Assembly: GCA_022451065.1 (NCBI GenBank)
Contig: JAKUOU010000019.1
Coordinates: 4,203 to 68,202 of the forward strand
Length of the DNA: 64,000 nt
Direction of reading: 5' to 3'
From: Pedosphaera sp.
GTDB lineage: Bacteria; Verrucomicrobiota; Verrucomicrobiia; Limisphaerales; UBA1096
Made by a program: the position numbers and the translations under genes. The notes under the pieces were generated by a model. It saw only the letters and a list, made by a program, of their open reading frames with translations. It made no database searches and had not been told where the DNA came from. Positions 35,617 through 43,630 of this stretch are shown one piece after another (position 1 is the stretch's first letter; the number at the start of each line of letters is the position of its first letter).

Positions 35617-38562
35617 ATGAAATTTTTAGCATCTTTTTTTGCTTTCTCAATCGCACTTGGCCAAGCGCATGGCGGGCCTATTTCGCCAGCCGAGTCGCTC
35701 AAGCAGTTTACGGTTTTTGACGACTTGGAGATCGACCAATTGCTGGCGGAGCCGCTGGTGAAGCAGCCGGTGTTCCTGAACTTCGATGAGCGTGGCCGAA
35801 TGTGGGTGGTGCAGTATCAACAATACCCGCACCCGGCCGGTTTGAAGATGACCAGCCGTGACAATTACTGGCGCGCTATCTACGACAGAGTGCCGCCCGC
35901 GCCGCCCAACCACATTCGTGGCCGCGACAAGATCACTATCCACGAGGACACCGATGGCGACGGTGTTTTGGACAGGCACAAGACATTCGTCGAGGGCTTA
36001 AACATCGCGACATCACTCGCCCATGGGCGTGGCGGCGTGTGGGTACTCAACCCGCCGTACCTGCTTTTTTATCAGGACAAAAACCGAGACGACATCCCGG
36101 ACAGCGCCCCGGTGGTGCACCTCGCCGGTTTCGGGCTTGAGGATACGCATTCGGTGGTGAACAGCCTGCGATGGGGGCCGGACGGGTGGCTTTACGGCGC
36201 GCAGGGCAGCACGGTGACGGCCAAGGTGAGGCGGCCTGGTTTCGATGAGAACGAGATTTTTTCCATGGGCCAAAACATCTGGCGTTATCATCCCGGCACG
36301 CGCCGTTACGAGGTGTTTGCCGAGGGCGGCGGCAATGCGTTTGGCGTGGAGTTTGACGCGCAGGGGCGGGTGTTCTCCGGGCACAACGGCGGCGACACGC
36401 GAGGCTTCCACTACGTGCAGGGTGGCTATCTGCGTAAGGGTTTCACCAAGCACGGATCGTTGAGCAATCCGTATGCGTTTGGTTACTTCAACTCGATGCC
36501 GCACAACAAGGTGCCGCGCTTTACACACAACTTCATCGTGTACGAGGGCGCCGGGTTGCCCGGGAAGTATCTCGGTAAAGTCCTCGGCGTGGAGCCGATA
36601 CAGGGCCGTGTGGTGATGAGCGACCGCACGGCGATTGGATCGTCGTTCAAGACGCTCGACACGGGGCATCCGATCAAGAGCAGCGATAGTTGGTTCCGTC
36701 CGGTGGACATCAAGGCCGGGCCGGACGGCGCGGTTTACGTCTGCGACTGGTACGACGATCAGGTAAACCACTACCGAAATCACGAGGGACGGATCGACCT
36801 GCAGAACGGCCGCGTTTACCGGCTCCGAACCAAGGGCAGCCAGCCGATGGAATCGTTCGATCTGGCCAAGCTTCCCACGCCCGATCTGGTCGCGTTGCTC
36901 CGCCACAAAAACAAGTGGCATCGTCAACAGGCACTCCGCCTCTTGGGCGATCGCAGGGATGCCAAGGCCCTTCCGCTGTTGAAAACCATGCTGCGCGACG
37001 AGATTGGCCAAGCGGCGCTGGAAGCGCTGTGGGCGATCAATCTTTGCGGTGGGTTTAACCCGGAATTTGGCGGGGAGACGCTCAAGCATGCCAATCCCCA
37101 TGTCCGCTCATGGACGGTTCGCCTGCTCGGCGACGAAAAAATCATGCCGGAGGCGACAGCTGGTTCACTCGTCCGCTTGGCCAGCCGCGAGCCGCACGTT
37201 GAGGTGCGCAGCCAACTCGCCGCCACGGCCAAGCGGCTGCCGGTCGGCCAGGCGATGCCGATCATTCGCGAGTTGCTCACGCACGATGCCGATGCAGGAG
37301 ATATTTACCAACCGTTGATGGTTTGGTGGGCGCTGGAGTCGAAGACCGCCGAGCATCCGGACGAGGTGCTGGGACTGTTTGCTGACGAGTCGCTTTGGCA
37401 AAAGTCGCTCGTGCGCGAGCACATCCTAAATCGTATCATTCGCCGTTACACCAAGGCCGGCACTCGAGCGGATCTAGCGAGCTGCGCGCGGTTGTTCGAG
37501 ATGGCTCCCAACGCTGAGTCGGCGAAAATCCTGATGGCCGGTTTTGAGCAAGCGTACAAAGGTCGATCCATGGCGGCGTTGCCAGAGCGGTTGATGGCGG
37601 CGATGGCGCGACACGGTGGCGGTTCGTTTGCGCTTGGTTTGCGACGTGGCGATGTCAATTCGGTCGATGAGGCGCTACGGGTCATTGCTAGCGTGAAGGC
37701 GGATAAGGTCACACGTCTGCAGTACACGGAAATTCTCGGCGAAGCGCCGAACGCGAAAGCGATCCCGGTTTTGCTTGGCATCGTGAAGTCTGAACCGGGC
37801 ATCGATCTAAAACGTGCCGCGTTGGGTGCGCTCAAGCCATACAATGACCCACGCATCGCTGTTGAGGTGCTGGCTGTCTACGGGCAGTTAACCGATGGGT
37901 TACGCAAGGTTGCCGGCACACTCTTGGCCGGTCGCTCTTCGTCGGCATTGGCGCTGCTGCAAGCGGTGGGCGAAGGCAATTTGGCCGCCGACCTGGTCTC
38001 GGAGGAGGTGATTAGCATGTTGCGTTCGCACCGTGATGAACCCGTTGGCCAATTGTTGGCCAGGCACTTCGCCAACTCGGAGACGGACGCGTCCAGGCTG
38101 GATCAGGAAATCCAGCGCTTGGCCAAGGTTGTCACCGCTGAACCGGGCAGCCCATACGAAGGGAAGAAGCTATTCACCGCAAGTTGCGGGGCGTGTCATA
38201 GTCTGTTCGAGCAGGGCGGCCATATTGGCCCCGACTTGACGGCGTACCAGCGGGGCGATTTGGACACGATGCTACTGAGCATCATTAAGCCAGGCGCGGA
38301 GATTCGTGAGGGATACGAAAACTTTTTACTGACTACGAAGGACGGGCGCTTGGTCACGGGCTTCCTGGTCGAGCAAGACAACCGGACGGTGGTATTGCGG
38401 GGCTTGGATGGGCAGGATGTGACTATTGCCCGCGGGGACATCCGCGAGTTGAAAGCCCAGGGCGCATCGCTTATGCCGGCCGGTTTGTTGACGGCCTATT
38501 CCGATGAGCAAATCCGTCACCTGTTGGCCTATTTGCGAAGCACGCAACCCCTAAACAACTAG
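35617..38562 (+). CDS. PVC-type heme-binding CxxCH protein (dehydrogenase domain + HEAT repeats + C-terminal cytochrome c)
   Basis: ORF 35494..38562. ATG 35617 gives signal MKFLASFFAFSIALGQAHG. ERGRMWVVQY...IHEDTDGDGVLD propeller region, HEAT repeats, CGACHSLFEQGGHIGPDL heme motif. Confidence 0.8.
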   Translation: MKFLASFFAFSIALGQAHGGPISPAESLKQFTVFDDLEIDQLLAEPLVKQPVFLNFDERGRMWVVQYQQYPHPAGLKMTSRDNYWRAIYDRVPPAPPNHIRGRDKITIHEDTDGDGVLDRHKTFVEGLNIATSLAHGRGGVWVLNPPYLLFYQDKNRDDIPDSAPVVHLAGFGLEDTHSVVNSLRWGPDGWLYGAQGSTVTAKVRRPGFDENEIFSMGQNIWRYHPGTRRYEVFAEGGGNAFGVEFDAQGRVFSGHNGGDTRGFHYVQGGYLRKGFTKHGSLSNPYAFGYFNSMPHNKVPRFTHNFIVYEGAGLPGKYLGKVLGVEPIQGRVVMSDRTAIGSSFKTLDTGHPIKSSDSWFRPVDIKAGPDGAVYVCDWYDDQVNHYRNHEGRIDLQNGRVYRLRTKGSQPMESFDLAKLPTPDLVALLRHKNKWHRQQALRLLGDRRDAKALPLLKTMLRDEIGQAALEALWAINLCGGFNPEFGGETLKHANPHVRSWTVRLLGDEKIMPEATAGSLVRLASREPHVEVRSQLAATAKRLPVGQAMPIIRELLTHDADAGDIYQPLMVWWALESKTAEHPDEVLGLFADESLWQKSLVREHILNRIIRRYTKAGTRADLASCARLFEMAPNAESAKILMAGFEQAYKGRSMAALPERLMAAMARHGGGSFALGLRRGDVNSVDEALRVIASVKADKVTRLQYTEILGEAPNAKAIPVLLGIVKSEPGIDLKRAALGALKPYNDPRIAVEVLAVYGQLTDGLRKVAGTLLAGRSSSALALLQAVGEGNLAADLVSEEVISMLRSHRDEPVGQLLARHFANSETDASRLDQEIQRLAKVVTAEPGSPYEGKKLFTASCGACHSLFEQGGHIGPDLTAYQRGDLDTMLLSIIKPGAEIREGYENFLLTTKDGRLVTGFLVEQDNRTVVLRGLDGQDVTIARGDIRELKAQGASLMPAGLLTAYSDEQIRHLLAYLRSTQPLNN

Positions 38563-38763
38563 TGGGTTGCAGCAGTAACCGGATTTATCTCCTCCAAATT
38601 ATCCGGCATTTCTAAAACAGTACTAAAGGGATTGGGGGTCATGCCAATTCTTCATCTCGACCCTAATCCAATAACAACCACGCGAACCAGCAGTCAGTAC
38701 GGAATTTTTCCTGTTTTTCGCCCATTTACTCGTTTTTTTTCCAATATTTGCTAATCCTGCCCT

Positions 38764-41277
38764 ATGCAGGAGTTTGGGGCGCAACTGGATCGTTTTTCCG
38801 CCCTGGATCAGGTCGTCGTTCCGGACTTGTGGCAGCAGGATGCGGTGCAACATCTGCGGGCCGGCCGAGATGTCGTCGTTCACGCGGCAACCGGGGCCGG
38901 TAAAACCTTCATTTTCGAGTTGTGGTCCAACGAGGGTCGAAATCCGGGTCAGGCGATTTACACCGTGCCGACGCGTGCTTTGGCCAATGACAAGCTGGCC
39001 GAGTGGAGGGCGCGCGGCTGGAACGTGGGCATCGCCACCGGCGACTTGTCGGAAAACCTCGACGCGCCGGTCATTGTTGCCACGCTCGAGACACAGAAAA
39101 ACAGGCTCATAACTGGCGACGGCCCGAGGTTATTGGTGATCGACGAGTATCAAATGCTTGGCGACGCTGACCGTGGCCTCAATTATGAGTTGGCCATTGC
39201 CATGGCACCGCCGCAGACCCAACTCCTGATGCTCAGCGGCAGCGTGGCCAATCCCAGGCATGTTGTCGCCTGGCTGCAGCGCCTAGGCAGGCAGGCTGAG
39301 TGGGTGTGGCATGACGACCGTCCGGTGCCGCTCGAGGAGGTTTATGCCGGGATGCTCAACTATAATGTCCCGTCAGAGATTCGCGGTTATTGGCCGAGGT
39401 TCGCGGCCAAGGCGCTGGCAGAGGGGCTTGGGCCGATTTTGGTTTTTGCACCGCGCCGCCGCGCGGCCAAGGCGCTCGCCACCGACATTGCACGTAACCT
39501 GCCGAATCCCAACCCGCTGCAGTTGACGGCAGAGCAAAAGGATCTCGTGGATGATCACTTGGCCAGAATGTTACAGGCTCGAGTGGCGTATCACCACAGC
39601 GGGTTGAGCTACGGTGCACGTGCTGGAGTGGTCGAGCCCTTGGCCAAGGCCGGCCAACTGCGAGTCGTCGTGGCAACGATGGGCTTGGCTGCCGGCATCA
39701 ACTTCTCTTTGCGCAGCGTGACATTGGCAGCCGACTCGTACCGTCGCGACCATTTGGAAGTGCCGATCCGAGCGGATGAGATTCACCAAATGTTTGGGCG
39801 TGCTGGCCGCCGTGGCATCGACGAGATCGGTTACGGTTTGGTTTCGAGAAATGAAATCCGAATTCGCGATGGCCATCCCTGTTTCCTCTCTCGCAATGGC
39901 ATGGTCGATTGGGCGTCGCTACTGGGCCTGATGCATGGCGCGGCAGAGCAGGGGCGTGAGCCGTACACTGAGGCGGTTCGCGTGCAGGAACGGCTGTTTA
40001 GCACTCATCCAATCCTGCTCGGCATGGAGTTTGCGATGAAACATCCGGAAGTGCCTTGCGGCTTGGGCACCGACTCGGAGCGGGCGCGAAAAGCCCGAAA
40101 GCGAGTCCGTGAGATGCTAAACAGTCAGGGCGGCTGGGAGGCGTGGCCCAAGGCCAAGCAGATGCCGCTCAGCGAGGTGTTCGTTCCGAAAAAACCAAGC
40201 GGCGACAGAGAGGCGGACGTGCAACCGCCGCTTGGCCAGGCGCTCTTGCTGCGCCCGGCATTGATGGAGCCGGAGGTGCTTCGGAGAACCGGCGCGGGTG
40301 AATTGGTCCTTCTGCCGAGCGGTCAGGCGTACGGTCGAGAGCAGAAGGTGGCGGATCAACTCAACAATGAACGGCTCGACTTGGCCAAGTGGGTTCGGCG
40401 CCTGACCGGCTGGCGGATGCGCGTGGTGCCGCTGCCGCTCTGGCAAAAAAAAATCCAGCCGCTTCTCGAGGAAAAATTGGCGGCAAACCAAACGCCGGTG
40501 GAGCGGTTCCGCCGGGAGGACAACCGGCTCTTCGTTCAGCTACGCCTAGGCCACCAGGCTGTTCCCGCCCACGTCGATTTGAGCGGCGTCGCGCTATGGC
40601 GGCCACAGGAGCGGCAGGTGGTCAATCCGACCTGTTCTGGTTGTGGGCTGTACAGCGAGTGTCGTGAACTCAAGCCGGCCACCGGCGTGGCGTTGCTCTG
40701 GAAACGGCTCAAACTGGTTGAAGAGAACGGTAGCCCAACACGCCGGGGCCGTGTCGTCAGTTTTTTTTCGCAGAGCTACGGCCTGGGCATTGCGGCGGCG
40801 TTGGAGGATGAGTCGCTGCCGATCGACGAGTTGGTGTACGAGTTGGCCAACCTTGATGCTGGCTATCGTTTTGGCAATGAGGAGAATCGTTGGGAAGGGC
40901 GCATTCCCATCGCCTGCCGTGAGCGTTACGGCGATGTGACGGTGCCGGGGTATCTCGACGCCGGCTTGCCGCCTCGTTACGGCTCAGGTGCTGAGCAGGT
41001 CATAGCGGCGATGCATGCCAATCCCGCTGATAAGACCAACTGGGTGACCGATCTGCTGGGCGCTGGGGATATTGATCGCGCGGTGATCGAGTGGCGCAGT
41101 CTATTACGACAGATCACCCACGCGCCGGAGCTGGATTGGACGCGCTGGATAGAGCTGCGTGAACACGCCGGAACCCTCCTTGCCGAGACCGAGTCGCCCA
41201 CGCTCTGCGAACTGCCGCCTCTTGAGCATCACCAGCAGGGCAGGGTGGATCACCACCTGAGGTTGAAGTCTTATTGA
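38764..41277 (+). CDS. SF2 DEAD/DEAH-box (Ski2-like) helicase with about 430-aa uncharacterised C-terminal region
   Basis: Motif I HAATGAGKT, motif II VIDEYQMLGD, motif III LSGS, motif VI QMFGRAGRRG. I see no recognisable motif in the C-terminal half. Confidence 0.8.
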   Translation: MQEFGAQLDRFSALDQVVVPDLWQQDAVQHLRAGRDVVVHAATGAGKTFIFELWSNEGRNPGQAIYTVPTRALANDKLAEWRARGWNVGIATGDLSENLDAPVIVATLETQKNRLITGDGPRLLVIDEYQMLGDADRGLNYELAIAMAPPQTQLLMLSGSVANPRHVVAWLQRLGRQAEWVWHDDRPVPLEEVYAGMLNYNVPSEIRGYWPRFAAKALAEGLGPILVFAPRRRAAKALATDIARNLPNPNPLQLTAEQKDLVDDHLARMLQARVAYHHSGLSYGARAGVVEPLAKAGQLRVVVATMGLAAGINFSLRSVTLAADSYRRDHLEVPIRADEIHQMFGRAGRRGIDEIGYGLVSRNEIRIRDGHPCFLSRNGMVDWASLLGLMHGAAEQGREPYTEAVRVQERLFSTHPILLGMEFAMKHPEVPCGLGTDSERARKARKRVREMLNSQGGWEAWPKAKQMPLSEVFVPKKPSGDREADVQPPLGQALLLRPALMEPEVLRRTGAGELVLLPSGQAYGREQKVADQLNNERLDLAKWVRRLTGWRMRVVPLPLWQKKIQPLLEEKLAANQTPVERFRREDNRLFVQLRLGHQAVPAHVDLSGVALWRPQERQVVNPTCSGCGLYSECRELKPATGVALLWKRLKLVEENGSPTRRGRVVSFFSQSYGLGIAAALEDESLPIDELVYELANLDAGYRFGNEENRWEGRIPIACRERYGDVTVPGYLDAGLPPRYGSGAEQVIAAMHANPADKTNWVTDLLGAGDIDRAVIEWRSLLRQITHAPELDWTRWIELREHAGTLLAETESPTLCELPPLEHHQQGRVDHHLRLKSY

Positions 41278-41284
41278 ACGCAGA

Positions 41285-41761
41285 CTAATTGCTGGCCTTG
41301 TTGTCGCAGGCGCCGCTTTTTTTCAACACGTCGCAGGTGGCTGAGAGTTGCAGTTTCTGCGACTTCACGGTGAATCCTAAATTTTGGCCAATCTCGTTCT
41401 CGATCGACTCGATTTGATCGCTGTCAAACTCCACGATTTTTTCGCAGTCCTCACAAATGAGATGATTATGGTTCGGGTGGTCGGAGTAGTTGGGGTCGTA
41501 GAATTTGTACGGCTTCCCGAAGTCCATCTCGTGCACGAGATCGCTCTCGGTGAGGAGTGGCAATGTGCGATAGACCGTTGCGCGGGAGACGGAGCGGTCT
41601 TTCTCCCGTGCCCACTCAAGTAGTTGTTCGGCGGTGAAATGTTCCTCAGTGGAGAACACCGTGTCGATTATGACACGCCGCTGATCGGTGATACGAAGAT
41701 TCTTTTTCTCGAGGAAATCCATAAATTTCCTCTTGGCCTCCTCTCTCACTAAGGTCTGCAC
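41285..41761 (-). CDS. Fur family transcriptional regulator
   Basis: LRITDQRRVIIDTVF...SRATVYRTL DNA-binding part. HNHLICEDCEKIVEF plus C-terminal CDVLKKSGAC (Cys4 structural Zn pattern). Start is GTG 41761 or ATG 41722. Confidence 0.85.
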   Translation of the reverse strand: MQTLVREEAKRKFMDFLEKKNLRITDQRRVIIDTVFSTEEHFTAEQLLEWAREKDRSVSRATVYRTLPLLTESDLVHEMDFGKPYKFYDPNYSDHPNHNHLICEDCEKIVEFDSDQIESIENEIGQNLGFTVKSQKLQLSATCDVLKKSGACDNKASN

Positions 41762-41797
41762 GGCGTGAATTGTTGCCCAGAACCGATATCAAGTCAA

Positions 41798-41811
41798 TGA
41801 GACTAGTCTCA
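41798..41811. promoter_or_regulatory. 14-bp perfect palindrome TGAGACTAGTCTCA in the fur/GT2 divergent region (candidate operator)
   Basis: Read directly from the sequence. 37 nt upstream of the fur GTG and 93 nt upstream of the GT2 ATG. It is unrelated to the iterated palindrome family. Confidence 0.35.
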
Positions 41812-41872
41812 AAAACTTGCCAATAATCGCCGATTGTCGCGCCACCACCTTTCGGGCATCGTGTGCCGAACA

Positions 41873-41898
41873 GCTTGGTCAAGCGCTTGGCCAAGCGC
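41873..41898. repeat. tandem 1.5-2 copies of the iterated palindrome
   Basis: GCTTGGTCAAGC (one mismatch) overlaps GCGCTTGGCCAAGCGC (41883-41898). It ends 6 nt upstream of the GT2 ATG. Confidence 0.9.
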
Positions 41899-41903
41899 GA
41901 GTT

Positions 41904-43085
41904 ATGCCTGGGCAACAGACCAGCGATTCACCCGAAGTCAGCGTGGTGATGCCGTGCCTCAACGAGGCCGAGACACTAGCGGTTTGCATCCAAAAAGCCC
42001 GCGCCTGCCTCGCAGACAACGGTGTCTCCGGCGAGATCATCATCGCCGACAACGGCAGCACTGACGGTTCGCAGTCCATTGCCGAGGCTGGGGGGGCGCG
42101 CCTCGTCTCGGTCGAGGATAAAGGCTACGGCAGCGCACTGATGGGAGGGATTGCGGCGGCGGGCGGGCGGTTCGTCATCATGGCCGACGCCGACGACAGC
42201 TACGATTTCTCCGCGCTCATGCCATTCATCGAAAAGTTACGCGCCGGTTGCGACTTTGTTATCGGTAACCGGTTCAAAGGAGGCATCGCGCCCGGGGCCA
42301 TGCCGCCGCTGCATCGTTACCTTGGCAATCCCGTTCTGAGTGGCTTGGGTCGACTTTTTTTCCTCTGCCCGGCCGGAGACTTACACTGTGGGTTGCGAGG
42401 CTTTTCGCGCGATGCATTCGAGCGTATGAAACTGCAAACGACTGGCATGGAGTTCGCTAGCGAGATGGTTGTCAAGGCGACGTTGCTTGGCCTGCGAATT
42501 GCCGAGGTACCGACGACGCTCTCGCCGGATGGCCGCAGCCGGCCGCCGCACCTGCGGAGCTGGCGCGACGGTTGGCGGCACTTGCGGTTTATGCTGCTAT
42601 TCAGTCCGCGTTGGCTGTTTTTATATCCGGGACTCTTGCTGATGCTCACCGGCTTGGGTGTCGCCGGTTGGCTGTTGCCAGAGGAGCGGCAGCTTGGCGA
42701 GGCGACGCTCGATGTCCACACGCTTGCCTACGCGGCGCTGTCGGTGTTACTCGGTTTTCAGGCAGTGCTCTTCTCGCTGTTCACGCGGACGTTCGCCATT
42801 ACGCAGGGCCTGATGCCGCCAAGTCGCTTGCTGAACCATCTGTACCGTTTCGTCACGCTCGAGACCGGGTTGGTGGTTGGCGGACTGCTGGTGGTTGGCG
42901 GCTTGGCGGGCTCGTTGGCTGCAACGCTTGGCTGGCAGAAAACCGACTTTGGCCAACTTGAGCCGTCGGTCGTGCTGCGCCAAGTCATCCCGTCGATCGT
43001 AGCGCTGGCGCTTGGCTTTCAAGTTGTGCTGGGTAGTTTTTTTCTCAGTGTGCTTGGCTTGAAACGAAAGGGTAGCGACGGGTGA
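41904..43085 (+). CDS. family 2 glycosyltransferase with C-terminal TM helices (polyprenyl-phosphate sugar synthase-like)
   Basis: ORF 41817..43085 with ATG 41904 preferred. VSVVMPCLNEAETL, IIIADNGSTDGS, ADADDSYD. Four C-terminal TM helices. Confidence 0.8.
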   Translation: MPGQQTSDSPEVSVVMPCLNEAETLAVCIQKARACLADNGVSGEIIIADNGSTDGSQSIAEAGGARLVSVEDKGYGSALMGGIAAAGGRFVIMADADDSYDFSALMPFIEKLRAGCDFVIGNRFKGGIAPGAMPPLHRYLGNPVLSGLGRLFFLCPAGDLHCGLRGFSRDAFERMKLQTTGMEFASEMVVKATLLGLRIAEVPTTLSPDGRSRPPHLRSWRDGWRHLRFMLLFSPRWLFLYPGLLLMLTGLGVAGWLLPEERQLGEATLDVHTLAYAALSVLLGFQAVLFSLFTRTFAITQGLMPPSRLLNHLYRFVTLETGLVVGGLLVVGGLAGSLAATLGWQKTDFGQLEPSVVLRQVIPSIVALALGFQVVLGSFFLSVLGLKRKGSDG

Positions 43086-43624
43086 AGAGGTTCGATCGAG
43101 TCCTTCGAAATTGGCGCATTCGCAAGGCTCTCCCGCATTTAGCCGAGGTTGAACGGTTACTTGACGTCGGCTGCGGCGACGGCGAACTGTTGCGGCAATT
43201 TGGGCGGAACGGCGTGGGAATCGATCCGCGACTAGCCAAGCCGGACGGCGTTCCCGGCGTTCAGTTCGTGTGCGGCAATTTCCCAGATGACTTTCCCGCC
43301 GTCGAGCCGGTTGATGCCATCACAATGCTCGCGGTGTTCGAACATGTGCCCAAAACCAACAAGCCGGCTTGGCTAAGCGCTTGCCGCCGTCTGCTCGCCG
43401 ACGATGGCTGCGTAGTGTTGACCGTGCCGTCGCCGCGAGTCGATGCCATACTGGCTGTGTTGCGATTTTTTCGATTGGTCGATGGGATGATGCTGGAGGA
43501 GCATCACGGCTTTGATCCGGGCGAAGTGATGCCGCTGTTCGAGTCGGCCGGCTTCCGCTTGGTCACCTACAAAACATTTCAATTCGGCCTGAACAATCTG
43601 TTCGTCTTTACGAAAAACGACTAG
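43082..43624 (+). CDS. class I SAM-dependent methyltransferase
   Basis: LLDVGCGDGELL motif I. GTGA overlap with the GT2 stop. Confidence 0.75.
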   Translation: MKRFDRVLRNWRIRKALPHLAEVERLLDVGCGDGELLRQFGRNGVGIDPRLAKPDGVPGVQFVCGNFPDDFPAVEPVDAITMLAVFEHVPKTNKPAWLSACRRLLADDGCVVLTVPSPRVDAILAVLRFFRLVDGMMLEEHHGFDPGEVMPLFESAGFRLVTYKTFQFGLNNLFVFTKND

Positions 43625-43630
43625 TTCATT

